A stretch of DNA of 64,000 bases from an uncultured Alphaproteobacteria bacterium. Lineage in GTDB: Bacteria; Pseudomonadota; Alphaproteobacteria; Rhodobacterales; Rhodobacteraceae. Location of the stretch: positions 29,156-93,155 of the forward strand of contig CACMAH010000005.1 in the NCBI GenBank assembly GCA_902611605.1. Direction: 5' to 3'. Shown here piece after piece: positions 30,529 through 40,546 of this stretch. The notes under the pieces were generated by a model, which did not search any database, was not told the origin of the DNA, and saw only the letters and a list, made by a program, of their open reading frames with translations. The position numbers and the translations under genes were made by a program. Position 1 is the first letter of the stretch. Each line of letters opens with the position of its first letter.

Positions 30529-31617
30529 GTGAAATTTTTTATTTATTTAAGTAATTACTTTTCTAACCGTGAAACTATTCAAGAAATTTTTCTTATACCA
30601 GTTATTGCAACTCTATTGGCTATATTCCTAGGTTTACTATTATTAATCGTCTCTGGGTCAAGTACTCAAATAGCGCTAACAGCATTAGTAGCATTGTTTA
30701 CTGGCTCTTTTGGTTCGTTATCAGCTATATCGGAAACATTTACTGCTGCTACACCATTGATTTTTGCCGCTTTAGGAATAGCTGTAGGTTTTAGAGCAGG
30801 ATTATTTAATATAGGAGCAGAAGGACAAATTATACTTGGTGGTATGGCAGCTGTTGTTATAGGTTTTAGCTTTCAATTACCTTTTGCTATTCACTTAATA
30901 ATTATACTTTTATCAGGAGCTTTATTTGGAGCTTTTTATGCATTAATAGCTGGTTGGCTTAAAGCCACAACTGGAGCTCATGAAGTTATTACTACTATTA
31001 TGCTAAATTTAATTGCATATAGATTACTTGATTTTTTTCTCAGAATGCCTGCTATACAAAAAGAAGGAAGAAATGATCCTATATCAAAATCAATTTTTGA
31101 AACAGCAGAATTACCAAGAATTTTGTATTTGTTGGATCCAAATTTAAGAGTTCATATGGGATTTTTAATAGCAATAGTAGCTGTATTTTTTGTATATTGG
31201 TTAATTTTTCATACTACCATTGGGTACGAATTTAGAGCTGTGGGAAAAAGTTTAGAAGCATCAAAATATGGTGGAATAAATCCAGCAATAACAATTGTAC
31301 TTGCTATGAGTATAGCAGGTCTTTTAGCTGGTCTTGCAGGTGCATGCCAAATAGCTGGAGTTTTAGGAAGAGCTACACCAGGTTTTTCTGCAGGAATTGG
31401 ATTTGACGCAATAGCTGTGGCTTTATTAGGTAGAGCCCACCCAATAGGTGTTCTATTTGCTGGCATACTATTTGGAGCTTTGATTGCTGGAGGAAGAGCA
31501 ATGCAAGTTTCTGCTAACGTGAGTCTAGATCTAATTACAGTAATTCAGGCTTTGATTATTATATTTATTGCAGCTCCAATTTTGATAAGAAAATTATTTC
31601 CATGGATTTTAAAATAA
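30529..31617 (+). CDS. ABC transporter permease (BMP-type system)
   Basis: 362 aa polytopic protein in an operon directly after the ATPase (2-nt spacer). It contains the NIGAEGQ motif. Confidence 0.85.
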   Translation: MKFFIYLSNYFSNRETIQEIFLIPVIATLLAIFLGLLLLIVSGSSTQIALTALVALFTGSFGSLSAISETFTAATPLIFAALGIAVGFRAGLFNIGAEGQIILGGMAAVVIGFSFQLPFAIHLIIILLSGALFGAFYALIAGWLKATTGAHEVITTIMLNLIAYRLLDFFLRMPAIQKEGRNDPISKSIFETAELPRILYLLDPNLRVHMGFLIAIVAVFFVYWLIFHTTIGYEFRAVGKSLEASKYGGINPAITIVLAMSIAGLLAGLAGACQIAGVLGRATPGFSAGIGFDAIAVALLGRAHPIGVLFAGILFGALIAGGRAMQVSANVSLDLITVIQALIIIFIAAPILIRKLFPWILK

Positions 31618-31629
31618 GATTACTTAATC

Positions 31630-32883
31630 ATGAATACTTTGAATAAAAATGAAATTGAAAATACTAAATCAAAAAGGTCTAAAATATTTGGAATATCGCT
31701 AATTTTTTTTGGATTTGTAATATATTTGTTTTTTGGTCTTGGTATTGAAGGACAAGCAACTTTTAGACTTTCGAGACCAACAGATCCATTTGCTCTTCCT
31801 AATTTAATTCTACCAGCCCACAGTTTTATTGGTCTATCTGCTTTATTAATTGCTTTTTTTGGTGGTAGAATAATTATGAAAGCTCCCAAAAATTTTACAA
31901 TCTTTGTAGCCTTAAGCTTTTTTTTGGCAATAGCAGCTTTTTTAGTTTGGGCGACAGCAGGTAAATCATTTTCTCTTACAGGTATGCTACAAGCTACTGT
32001 TGTAAGAGCAGTGCCAATTGCTTTAGCAGCAATGGCAGGAATAATGTGTGAAAGAGTAGCGGTAATAAACATTGGTATAGAAGGAATGCTGTTAGCAGGT
32101 GCATTTGCTGGAGCTCTTTTTGGCTCTATTTTTGGTAATTTAATCGGATTAGTTTTGGCTATTTTAGTAGGGGGAGGGTTCGGGTTCATATTAGCAGCAT
32201 TGGTTGTAACATTTCGTGTAGACCAAATAATTGCCGGTGTTGCAATTAACATTTTTGTCCTCGGAATTACAAGCTTTTTAACAAGCCATTTATTAAAAAG
32301 TAATCCTGAGCTTAACGATGCGCCAATTTTTAAGTCAATAGATATTCCTTTTTTTAGCGAAATTCCTGTTTTAGGCTCAGTGTTTTTTAAACACAATATA
32401 TTTGTTTACTTTTCTATTTTTATTGTAATTGTAAGTACTTATTATCTATTTAAAACTGCTTACGGTTTAAGAGCAAGAGCAGTAGGAGAACATCCAAAAG
32501 CAGCGGAAACTCTTGGAATTAGTGTTATCAGAACTAGATTTAATCATGTGATCATAGGAGGAATGATTGCTGGTTTTGGTGGCGCGTGGTTTACTCTTGG
32601 TAGTGTTGGAAGATTTGATGAAGGAATGACTGGAGGTAGGGGTTTTATTGGACTAGCTGCTATGATTTTTGGACGTTGGCACCCAATTGGAGCACTATTC
32701 GCTGCACTTGTCTTTGGCTTTGCAGATTCACTTCAGCAAAAATTAGCTATATTAAGAACTCCAATACCAAGTGAGTTTTTAGCCATGGCACCTTATTTGG
32801 TAACAATTATTGTAGTAGCTGGAATAGTTGGAAATGCGAAACCACCTCAGGCAATAGGTAAAGCTTATGTTAAGGAAAACTAA
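31630..32883 (+). CDS. ABC transporter permease (BMP-type system)
   Basis: 417 aa polytopic protein with the NIGIEGM motif. Its stop overlaps the start of the downstream phosphorylase gene (TAATG at 32881-32885). Confidence 0.85.
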   Translation: MNTLNKNEIENTKSKRSKIFGISLIFFGFVIYLFFGLGIEGQATFRLSRPTDPFALPNLILPAHSFIGLSALLIAFFGGRIIMKAPKNFTIFVALSFFLAIAAFLVWATAGKSFSLTGMLQATVVRAVPIALAAMAGIMCERVAVINIGIEGMLLAGAFAGALFGSIFGNLIGLVLAILVGGGFGFILAALVVTFRVDQIIAGVAINIFVLGITSFLTSHLLKSNPELNDAPIFKSIDIPFFSEIPVLGSVFFKHNIFVYFSIFIVIVSTYYLFKTAYGLRARAVGEHPKAAETLGISVIRTRFNHVIIGGMIAGFGGAWFTLGSVGRFDEGMTGGRGFIGLAAMIFGRWHPIGALFAALVFGFADSLQQKLAILRTPIPSEFLAMAPYLVTIIVVAGIVGNAKPPQAIGKAYVKEN

Positions 32884-33680
32884 TGTCTGCAAAATTAAAA
32901 GTTAAAGATATTAAAAAAAATTTTGGTATTAATGTAGTAAAAGCAGGATTCATTCTTGGATCAGGCTTAAGTAATGCAATACCTTTAAAAGACAAGATTA
33001 TTATTGATTACAATGATATAGATGGTTTTAATATTCCGTCTGTGACGGGCCATTCTGGAAAACTAGTTATAGGCACTATAAAGAAAAAATCTTTCGCTAT
33101 CTTAAGTGGTAGAACACATTTCTATGAAAATGGAAAAGCTGATACAATGAGAACTCCTATAAAGATTCTTAAAGATTTAGGAGTTGAAAAACTTGTTCTC
33201 ACAAATGCAGCAGGATCACTAAGAAGTAATATACCAACTGGTTCAATAATGATCATAAAAGATCATATAAATTTTTCAGGGGTAAACCCACTTATAGGCG
33301 AAAATTCAGAAGAACGTTTTGTAAATTTAACTTCAGCTTATGATAAAGATATTAATAACATGATTTTAGAATCAGGAAATGAAAATAATATAAAAATAAA
33401 GGAAGGAGTTTATGCCTGGTTTTCAGGACCATCTTTTGAAACACCAGCAGAAATTAAAGCTATACAATATTTAGGAGCTGATGTAGTTGGAATGTCAACT
33501 GTTCCTGAAGTAATTTTAGCTAGATACTTTAAAATAAAAGTTGCAGGCATATCAGTAATTACCAATATGGCTGCAGGGCTTAGTAATGAAAACATAAGTC
33601 ATGAACAAACTAAGGAAATAGCCAAATTAAGCGAAAAAAAACTTTCAAATATTATAATATCTTTGTTGCGAAAAATATAA
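32883..33680 (+). CDS. purine nucleoside phosphorylase (PNP/MTAP family, inosine-guanosine type)
   Basis: 265 aa with the blocks VTGHSGKLVIG, LTNAAGSL, SGPSFETPAEI and VGMSTVPEV. Confidence 0.85.
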   Translation: MSAKLKVKDIKKNFGINVVKAGFILGSGLSNAIPLKDKIIIDYNDIDGFNIPSVTGHSGKLVIGTIKKKSFAILSGRTHFYENGKADTMRTPIKILKDLGVEKLVLTNAAGSLRSNIPTGSIMIIKDHINFSGVNPLIGENSEERFVNLTSAYDKDINNMILESGNENNIKIKEGVYAWFSGPSFETPAEIKAIQYLGADVVGMSTVPEVILARYFKIKVAGISVITNMAAGLSNENISHEQTKEIAKLSEKKLSNIIISLLRKI

Positions 33681-33738
33681 TAAAGGCGTAATTGATTTTT
33701 GATATATTTTGATAAATCTATTTATCCAGGTTTAAATA

Positions 33739-34650
33739 ATGCAAATTTACCTACCCATTGCAGAAATTTCAGTTAACATTTTCTTACTAATAGGATTAGG
33801 TGGTATTGTTGGAATACTCTCAGGCATGTTTGGAGTAGGTGGTGGCTTCTTGATGACACCTCTTTTATTCTTCATTGGGATCCCTCCAGCTATCGCTGTT
33901 GCAAGCGAAGCTAACCAAATACTTGGTGCATCTTTCTCTGGAGCTATAGCGCATTTTAGAAGGAAAAATGTTGATTTAAAAATGGGCTTTCTTTTGATTT
34001 TAGGAGGAGTATTAGGCTCTATTTTCGGAGTTGAAATATTTAGAATTTTTAAAGGTATGGGACAGTTAGAACTGATTATAAAACTTTGTTACGTTATTTT
34101 TCTTGGAGTAATAGGAATAATAATGTTTTTTGAAAGTTTAAAAACTCTTAGCTATAAATCAAGAAATATAAAAATAAGAAAAACGCGTCATCACTCCTGG
34201 GTACAAGGTCTCCCTCTCAAAATGCGTTTTCGGGCTTCTAATTTATATATTAGTTCCATACCAGCCGTGCTCATAGGTTTTTTTGTAGGTATTTTAGCGT
34301 CAATAATGGGGATAGGTGGAGGATTCATAATTGTACCTGCTATGATTTATATTTTAGGAATGCCAACTAAAGTTGTAGTCGGAACTTCATTATTTCAAAT
34401 AATTTTTGTGACAGGTGTAACAACATATTTGCATGCAGTAAAAAATTTCAGTGTTGACATTGTATTGTCCTTTTTACTTTTAGTTGGTGGAGTAATTGGA
34501 GCTCAATTAGGAGTTAGAATAGGCATAAGATTAAAAGCAGAGCAACTAAGAATATTGTTAGCTATGCTGGTGTTATCTATGTGTTTAAAAATAACGTTAG
34601 AATTTTTTATAACTCCTTTAGAATTTTATAGTCTTGTGAGGGATGTATAA
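33739..34650 (+). CDS. TauE/SafE-family anion exporter-like membrane protein
   Basis: 303 aa with two internally repeated 4-TM halves, each starting with a GxGGG motif (GMFGVGGGFLMTP and IMGIGGGFIIVPA). Confidence 0.75.
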   Translation: MQIYLPIAEISVNIFLLIGLGGIVGILSGMFGVGGGFLMTPLLFFIGIPPAIAVASEANQILGASFSGAIAHFRRKNVDLKMGFLLILGGVLGSIFGVEIFRIFKGMGQLELIIKLCYVIFLGVIGIIMFFESLKTLSYKSRNIKIRKTRHHSWVQGLPLKMRFRASNLYISSIPAVLIGFFVGILASIMGIGGGFIIVPAMIYILGMPTKVVVGTSLFQIIFVTGVTTYLHAVKNFSVDIVLSFLLLVGGVIGAQLGVRIGIRLKAEQLRILLAMLVLSMCLKITLEFFITPLEFYSLVRDV

Positions 34651-35431
34651 AATGAAGCTATTTTTTAAATTAGTAATAATGATATTTATTTATAATTTAT
34701 CTTCTATTTCTGCTAGAAGTGCAGAAGTTCCCCCAAGTCTTGTTACAGATTTAAGTAAAAAGGTAATTTCTATTGATGTGAGTTTTTCAGGCAGTAAGTT
34801 TCATATTTTCGGTGCAATTAAGAAATATGCTTCTCAGATTTCGCCAATTGATCAACCTCCTTTTGACATTATAATTGAAGTAATTGGTCCACCAGTAGAA
34901 ATGAATATATTCAAAAAAGAAAAAAAATATGGTTTTTGGATAAATAAAAAAATTCAAACTTTAAACAGTATGCCAAGTTTTTATTCTATTTCAGGAACCA
35001 AGTCTCTAAAGGATTTATTACCGATAAAAACCCAAAGATCTAACGAAATAGGTATTTCTGAACATATAAATTTATCAGACGGTAAATTAAAAAAGGAATT
35101 CATTGATCATATTATATCAAATGGAAAAGCCAAAAAACAATATAATCTAAATAATACACCCATTACATTATTAGAAAATACCCTTTTTTCAAATGAAATT
35201 GATTTTCCAACCAACCTATATGAAGGAAATTATAAAGTTAAAATACATTTAATTCGATTTGAAGAAGTTTTAGCTACAAAGCAAGATATTATTTATGTTA
35301 AAAAAATTGGTGTGCAAAATTGGATTAACTATTTGGCCTATCAAGAACCGAAATTGTATGGTATAGCCTGTATAATAATAGCTATAAGTTTTGGTTTTGG
35401 AGCTTCACTCGTTTTCAGAAAAAAAGTTTAA
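34643..35431 (+). CDS. TIGR02186-family (Alph_Pro_TM-like) membrane-anchored protein
   Basis: 262 aa with an N-terminal signal and a single C-terminal TM segment (YGIACIIIAISFGFGASLVF). It overlaps or abuts the TauE gene stop (34648-34650). The family call rests on architecture plus the conserved TauE neighbour as I recall it from other alphaproteobacteria. Confidence 0.55.
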   Translation: MYKMKLFFKLVIMIFIYNLSSISARSAEVPPSLVTDLSKKVISIDVSFSGSKFHIFGAIKKYASQISPIDQPPFDIIIEVIGPPVEMNIFKKEKKYGFWINKKIQTLNSMPSFYSISGTKSLKDLLPIKTQRSNEIGISEHINLSDGKLKKEFIDHIISNGKAKKQYNLNNTPITLLENTLFSNEIDFPTNLYEGNYKVKIHLIRFEEVLATKQDIIYVKKIGVQNWINYLAYQEPKLYGIACIIIAISFGFGASLVFRKKV

Positions 35432-35464
35432 AAGTATCATCTAATTAAATAGCTGACATTATCA

Positions 35465-36259
35465 CTACTTATTTCTACTATTCTTCTCAACCATCATTTT
35501 TTTTATTTCTGCTATGGCTTTTGCAGGATTTAAATTTTTTGGACATGTTCTAGCACAATTCATTATTGTATGGCACCTATATAACTTAAAAGAATCCTCT
35601 AACTCATTTAATCTTTCATCTCTTGTTTCGTCCCGACTATCTACTAACCACCTGTAAGCATGCAAAAGAGCTGCAGGTCCAAGATACTTATCACTATTCC
35701 ACCAATAGCTTGGACAAGAAGTAGAACAGCAAGCACACATTACACACTCGTATAAGTCGTCTAATTTTTTTCGTTGATCTACAGATTGCTTCCACTCGTC
35801 TTCTGGAGTTTCTGTCTTTGTTTCTAACCAAGGCATTATACTTGCGTGTTGTTTATAAAAATTAGTTAAATCAGGAACTAAATCTTTAATAACTGGCATG
35901 TGGGGTAATGGATAAATTCTCACGTCACCTTTAACTTCATTTAAACCACGCGTACAAGCTAATGTGTTTACACCATCAATATTCATAGCACACGAACCAC
36001 AAATACCTTCCCTACACGACCTACGAAAAGTAAGTGTTGGATCAATTTCTTCTTTTATATAAATAAGAGCATCCAAAACCATAGGACCACTATCATTTGA
36101 ATCTATGTAATAAGTATCAACTCTTGGATTACTTTGATCATCAGGATTATATCTGTATATCTTAAATTTTCTCAATTTTTTTGAGGAACTCTTTTTTTTA
36201 TCCCAAACTACTCCATCTGAAGATATCCTTGAATTTTTTGGAAGTCTTAATTCAACCAT
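35465..36259 (-). CDS. sdhB: succinate dehydrogenase iron-sulfur subunit
   Basis: 264 aa with three Cys clusters: [27 protein letters not shown] and [12 protein letters not shown]. Confidence 0.95.
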   Translation of the reverse strand: MVELRLPKNSRISSDGVVWDKKKSSSKKLRKFKIYRYNPDDQSNPRVDTYYIDSNDSGPMVLDALIYIKEEIDPTLTFRRSCREGICGSCAMNIDGVNTLACTRGLNEVKGDVRIYPLPHMPVIKDLVPDLTNFYKQHASIMPWLETKTETPEDEWKQSVDQRKKLDDLYECVMCACCSTSCPSYWWNSDKYLGPAALLHAYRWLVDSRDETRDERLNELEDSFKLYRCHTIMNCARTCPKNLNPAKAIAEIKKMMVEKNSRNK

Positions 36260-36285
36260 TTTTTTTCCTTATTATATAATTTTAT

Positions 36286-36558
36286 TTATAAACTAAAAGA
36301 CATTAAGCATTGCTTATATACTTCATTTGGATCTCTACCCGCAATATAGTCACTACTCATAGTTATACCAATTTGATACTTAGGACCATCACTACCCGTA
36401 GCCAAAGATAAATTTGTTGTGGGTTTTGTAGCTTCAATTTTTTTCTTATGACAGATACTTTCAATTTGTTTTTGTGTTAAAGGGATAGGTTCACTTGTAG
36501 CACAACCAATCAAAAAACAAAAACTTAGAGTGGTTAATAATTTAACTAAATTGGCCAT
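36286..36558 (-). CDS. small lipoprotein of unknown function embedded in the sdh operon
   Basis: 90 aa with signal peptide and lipobox LIGC. It starts 5 nt after the sdhA stop and ends 26 nt before the sdhB start. I recognise no family. Confidence 0.5.
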   Translation of the reverse strand: MANLVKLLTTLSFCFLIGCATSEPIPLTQKQIESICHKKKIEATKPTTNLSLATGSDGPKYQIGITMSSDYIAGRDPNEVYKQCLMSFSL

Positions 36559-36563
36559 TTATA

Positions 36564-38372
36564 CTAATAAACCCTGGCCTTTGGAGCAATTTTATTGGTA
36601 TTTATACCACCTTTAGATTCCATTGTTAAAGGTTTGGTATGAACTTTTCTGTATTTAAGTGAAACTTTATTTTTTTGATCAACAGATGCCAGGGTATGTT
36701 TTCTCCATTTCATATCATCTCTATCAGGGTAATCCTCATGAGCATGTGCCCCACGACTTTCTTGCCTAGCTTCAGCTGAAAAAATAGTTGTTAGTGCATT
36801 GGGCATAAGGTTTGTTAATTCTAAAGTTTCCATTAAATCGGAATTCCAAATCAATGACCTATCTTTCACTGATAAATCTTCCAAACCAGAAGAAACAGCC
36901 TCCATTTTTTTGCACCCTTCAGCCAAAGTTTCTTTAGATCGAAAAACTGCTGCATCTTCCTGCATAACTCTTTGCATATTTTTTCTTAATTCTGCAGTTG
37001 ATGTATTGCCCTTAGCATGACGTAATTTATCAAATCTTTCCATTGCCTGATCACAAGAATTAAAATTTAAAGGTCGATTAGAACTTTCTTTATTCACAAC
37101 TTCTTTTGCTCTTATAGCTGCAGCTCTGCCAAAAACCACTAAATCTATCAGACTATTAGATCCTAACCTATTTGCTCCATGCACTGATGCACATCCTGCC
37201 TCACCAACGGCCATTAATCCAGGCTGAACTAAATCTTCATCTTCTTTACTAGGATTTAAAACTTCACCCCAATAATTGGTCGGAATTCCTCCCATATTAT
37301 AATGAACTGTAGGTAATACAGGAATAGGCTCTTTAGTTAGATCAACTCCTGCAAAAATTTTCGCACTTTCTGAAATTCCAGGTAATCGCTCTGCTAAAGT
37401 TTTTTCTGGCAAATGATCCAAGTGTAAATGTATATGATCTCCTCTTTCACCTACACCTCGACCTTCCCTAATTTCAATAGTCATGCATCTGGAGACAACA
37501 TCTCTGCTAGCCAAATCTTTGTAAGTTGGAGCATATCTTTCCATAAATCTTTCTCCATCCGAGTTTGTGAGGTAGCCTCCTTCACCTCTTGCTCCTTCTG
37601 TAATCAAACATCCAGCACCATAAATACCTGTTGGATGGAATTGTACGAATTCCATATCTTGCAAGGGTAAGTTTTGTCTCGCAATCATACCATTACCATC
37701 CCCAGTGCAAGTATGAGCTGAAGTTGCAGAAAAATATGCTCTACCATAACCACCAGTAGCAAGAACTACCATTTTAGCATTAAACCTATGAATGGTACCA
37801 TCATCCAATTTCCAGGCTATTATACCCTGACATTCTCCATCATCAGTCATAATTAAATCAATAGCAAAATACTCAATAAAAAACTCTGCGTTATTTTTTA
37901 ATGATTGACCATATAAAGTATGCAAAATAGCATGACCTGTTCTATCCGCTGCTGCACATGTTCTTTGAACTGGTGGACCTTCACCAAATTCAGTTGTGTG
38001 TCCCCCAAAAGGTCTTTGATAAATTTTACCTTCTTCTGTTCTGGAAAAAGGTACTCCATAATGCTCTAATTCATAAACTGCTTTTGGGGCTTCTCGAGCT
38101 AAATATTCCATTGCATCAACGTCACCTAACCAATCTGAACCTTTTACAGTATCGTACATGTGCCAATGCCAGTGATCTGGTCCCATATTTGATAAAGATG
38201 CAGCAATACCTCCCTGTGCAGCTACGGTATGACTTCTAGTTGGAAAAACCTTGCTTATACAAGCAGTTTTGAAACCTTGTTCTGCCATTCCTAAAGTAGC
38301 TCTTAATCCAGAGCCTCCTGCCCCAACTACTACTACATCGTAAGTATGATCAACATATTCATATGAATTCAT
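36564..38372 (-). CDS. sdhA: succinate dehydrogenase flavoprotein subunit
   Basis: 602 aa with FAD-binding [13 protein letters not shown] and the covalent-FAD His context [10 protein letters not shown]. Also HPTG and the C-terminal [10 protein letters not shown]. Confidence 0.95.
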   Translation of the reverse strand: MNSYEYVDHTYDVVVVGAGGSGLRATLGMAEQGFKTACISKVFPTRSHTVAAQGGIAASLSNMGPDHWHWHMYDTVKGSDWLGDVDAMEYLAREAPKAVYELEHYGVPFSRTEEGKIYQRPFGGHTTEFGEGPPVQRTCAAADRTGHAILHTLYGQSLKNNAEFFIEYFAIDLIMTDDGECQGIIAWKLDDGTIHRFNAKMVVLATGGYGRAYFSATSAHTCTGDGNGMIARQNLPLQDMEFVQFHPTGIYGAGCLITEGARGEGGYLTNSDGERFMERYAPTYKDLASRDVVSRCMTIEIREGRGVGERGDHIHLHLDHLPEKTLAERLPGISESAKIFAGVDLTKEPIPVLPTVHYNMGGIPTNYWGEVLNPSKEDEDLVQPGLMAVGEAGCASVHGANRLGSNSLIDLVVFGRAAAIRAKEVVNKESSNRPLNFNSCDQAMERFDKLRHAKGNTSTAELRKNMQRVMQEDAAVFRSKETLAEGCKKMEAVSSGLEDLSVKDRSLIWNSDLMETLELTNLMPNALTTIFSAEARQESRGAHAHEDYPDRDDMKWRKHTLASVDQKNKVSLKYRKVHTKPLTMESKGGINTNKIAPKARVY

Positions 38373-38387
38373 TAGTTACTCCTAAAT

Positions 38388-38729
38388 TCAAAACCGATAC
38401 AAAAAAATAAAAGCTAACGTTATTATTAAAGTTAGAAACCAACATAAAATTTTTAATGTTTTTAATGTAGAATTCCTAAGATTTGTCTCATGGATATAAT
38501 CTTCTAAGACAACTTCAATACCTTGATAAAAATGCCAAATGCTAATCGTAATAAATAAAAAAGCAACACATAAATGAAATGGATTTTTATAATTTGATAT
38601 AACATCGTCATATGAAAGAGTAGAAACATTTAAGAAATTGTAAAAAAATAATAATGTCAAAGGTATGAGTAAGATTGAAGATACTCTTTGTTTTATCCAA
38701 TGCCTAGTGCTAGCTATATTCTGACCCAT
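38388..38729 (-). CDS. sdhD: succinate dehydrogenase membrane anchor subunit
   Basis: About 113 aa from the internal Met (MGQNIASTRHWIKQRVSS), with 3 TM segments and a heme-ligand His context. That start removes the overlap with sdhC which the longer track ORF (to 38822) would create. Confidence 0.75.
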   Translation of the reverse strand: MGQNIASTRHWIKQRVSSILLIPLTLLFFYNFLNVSTLSYDDVISNYKNPFHLCVAFLFITISIWHFYQGIEVVLEDYIHETNLRNSTLKTLKILCWFLTLIITLAFIFLYRF

Positions 38730-38749
38730 TTTCGTACTCCAAAATAAAT

Positions 38750-39127
38750 TCAAATTAAAAGGCTTGTTAAAACAAAAATAAATGTCAAAGCTAAAATTGA
38801 ATATGAACTTAATTCCACCCATTTAAGGTTAAAGCCATAACCCATATCCCAAAATAAGTGTCTAATCCCAGCAAAAAAATGGTACCAAATACCACAAAGT
38901 GAAAGAAACATAATTAATTTGCCAATAACAGAATTAAAGTAAGTTGAAAAAACTATAAATATCTTTTCACCAAAAATTAGTGATATAAAAAATCCTATTA
39001 ATATTAAAAGGGTTATAGATAAGGCTATCCCAGTAATTCTATGCAGTATAGAAAGTACAGAGTTTAATTGGGGTCTGTATATAGTTAAGTGAGGTGATAA
39101 AGGACGATTTTGCATATGTTTAGACAT
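38750..39127 (-). CDS. sdhC: succinate dehydrogenase cytochrome b556 subunit
   Basis: 125 aa. RPLSPHLTIYRPQLNSVLSILHRITG is the conserved SdhC N-terminal motif. Confidence 0.85.
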   Translation of the reverse strand: MSKHMQNRPLSPHLTIYRPQLNSVLSILHRITGIALSITLLILIGFFISLIFGEKIFIVFSTYFNSVIGKLIMFLSLCGIWYHFFAGIRHLFWDMGYGFNLKWVELSSYSILALTFIFVLTSLLI

Positions 39128-39405
39128 TCTGTATTATTTTCCAATGAATTAATAGTTGAATAGAATAAATGCAATGTGATTAATTGTCACCAAAGAACTT
39201 TAAAAATCTTGAATACCGATTTTTTAAGTTAATATTACAATTAATTTATTATTTTTAGATCAAAATTTTTTTATCTTTACTACAATCATCTCTTGTTTAT
39301 TAGTATAACTAAAACTAGTTAGCTTTTTTGATTCTATACCAAAATTCATTAATTCATATTGATTGGGCTCCACTTAAATAATTTAAATATAAATAACCAT
39401 AATAG

Positions 39406-40374
<969 letters not shown>

Positions 40375-40392
40375 TGAAAAATGTTTTTTATT

Positions 40393-40402
40393 TTGTGATC
40401 AC
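40393..40402. promoter_or_regulatory. candidate GntR-type operator, copy 1 (TTGTGATCAC-g)
   Basis: 10 of 12 positions match the palindrome TTGTGATCACAA. It lies in the mdh-sucC spacer, 20 bp centre-to-centre from copy 2. Alternatively it is the left arm of an mdh terminator hairpin. Confidence 0.4.
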
Positions 40403-40412
40403 GTTTAATTTA

Positions 40413-40424
40413 TTGTGATCACAA
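40413..40424. promoter_or_regulatory. candidate GntR-type operator, copy 2 (TTGTGATCACAA)
   Basis: Perfect 12-bp palindrome, identical to the one at 48917-48928 upstream of the GntR gene, and about 125 nt upstream of the sucC ATG. Confidence 0.45.
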
Positions 40425-40546
40425 ATTTTAAACTTTTGATACTTTTATCTCTTTTTTTAAAAAAACTACTTCAAAATACAGTCAATGACTGCAAATATTG
40501 AGTTATTTAGATTTAACAATAAATTTACTAATCTTTAGGTGAGAAA

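Noticed and set aside
31620-32396. 258-aa ORF on the minus strand opposite the second BMP permease. Similar long antisense ORFs occur at 29275-29829, 17111-17566, 53109-53543, 22885-23259 and 41329-41586.
   Set aside because: All lie entirely within well-supported genes on the other strand. Their translations are low-complexity (runs of I, K, P, A, S) with no recognisable motifs, as expected for shadow frames of genes with strong codon bias.
32551-32562. ATGTGATCATAG inside the permease gene (and TGTGATCGTA at 29642-29651) as additional copies of the TTGTGATCACAA operator.
   Set aside because: Each has one or more mismatches that break the palindrome, and both lie deep inside coding sequence. 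They are most likely chance matches.
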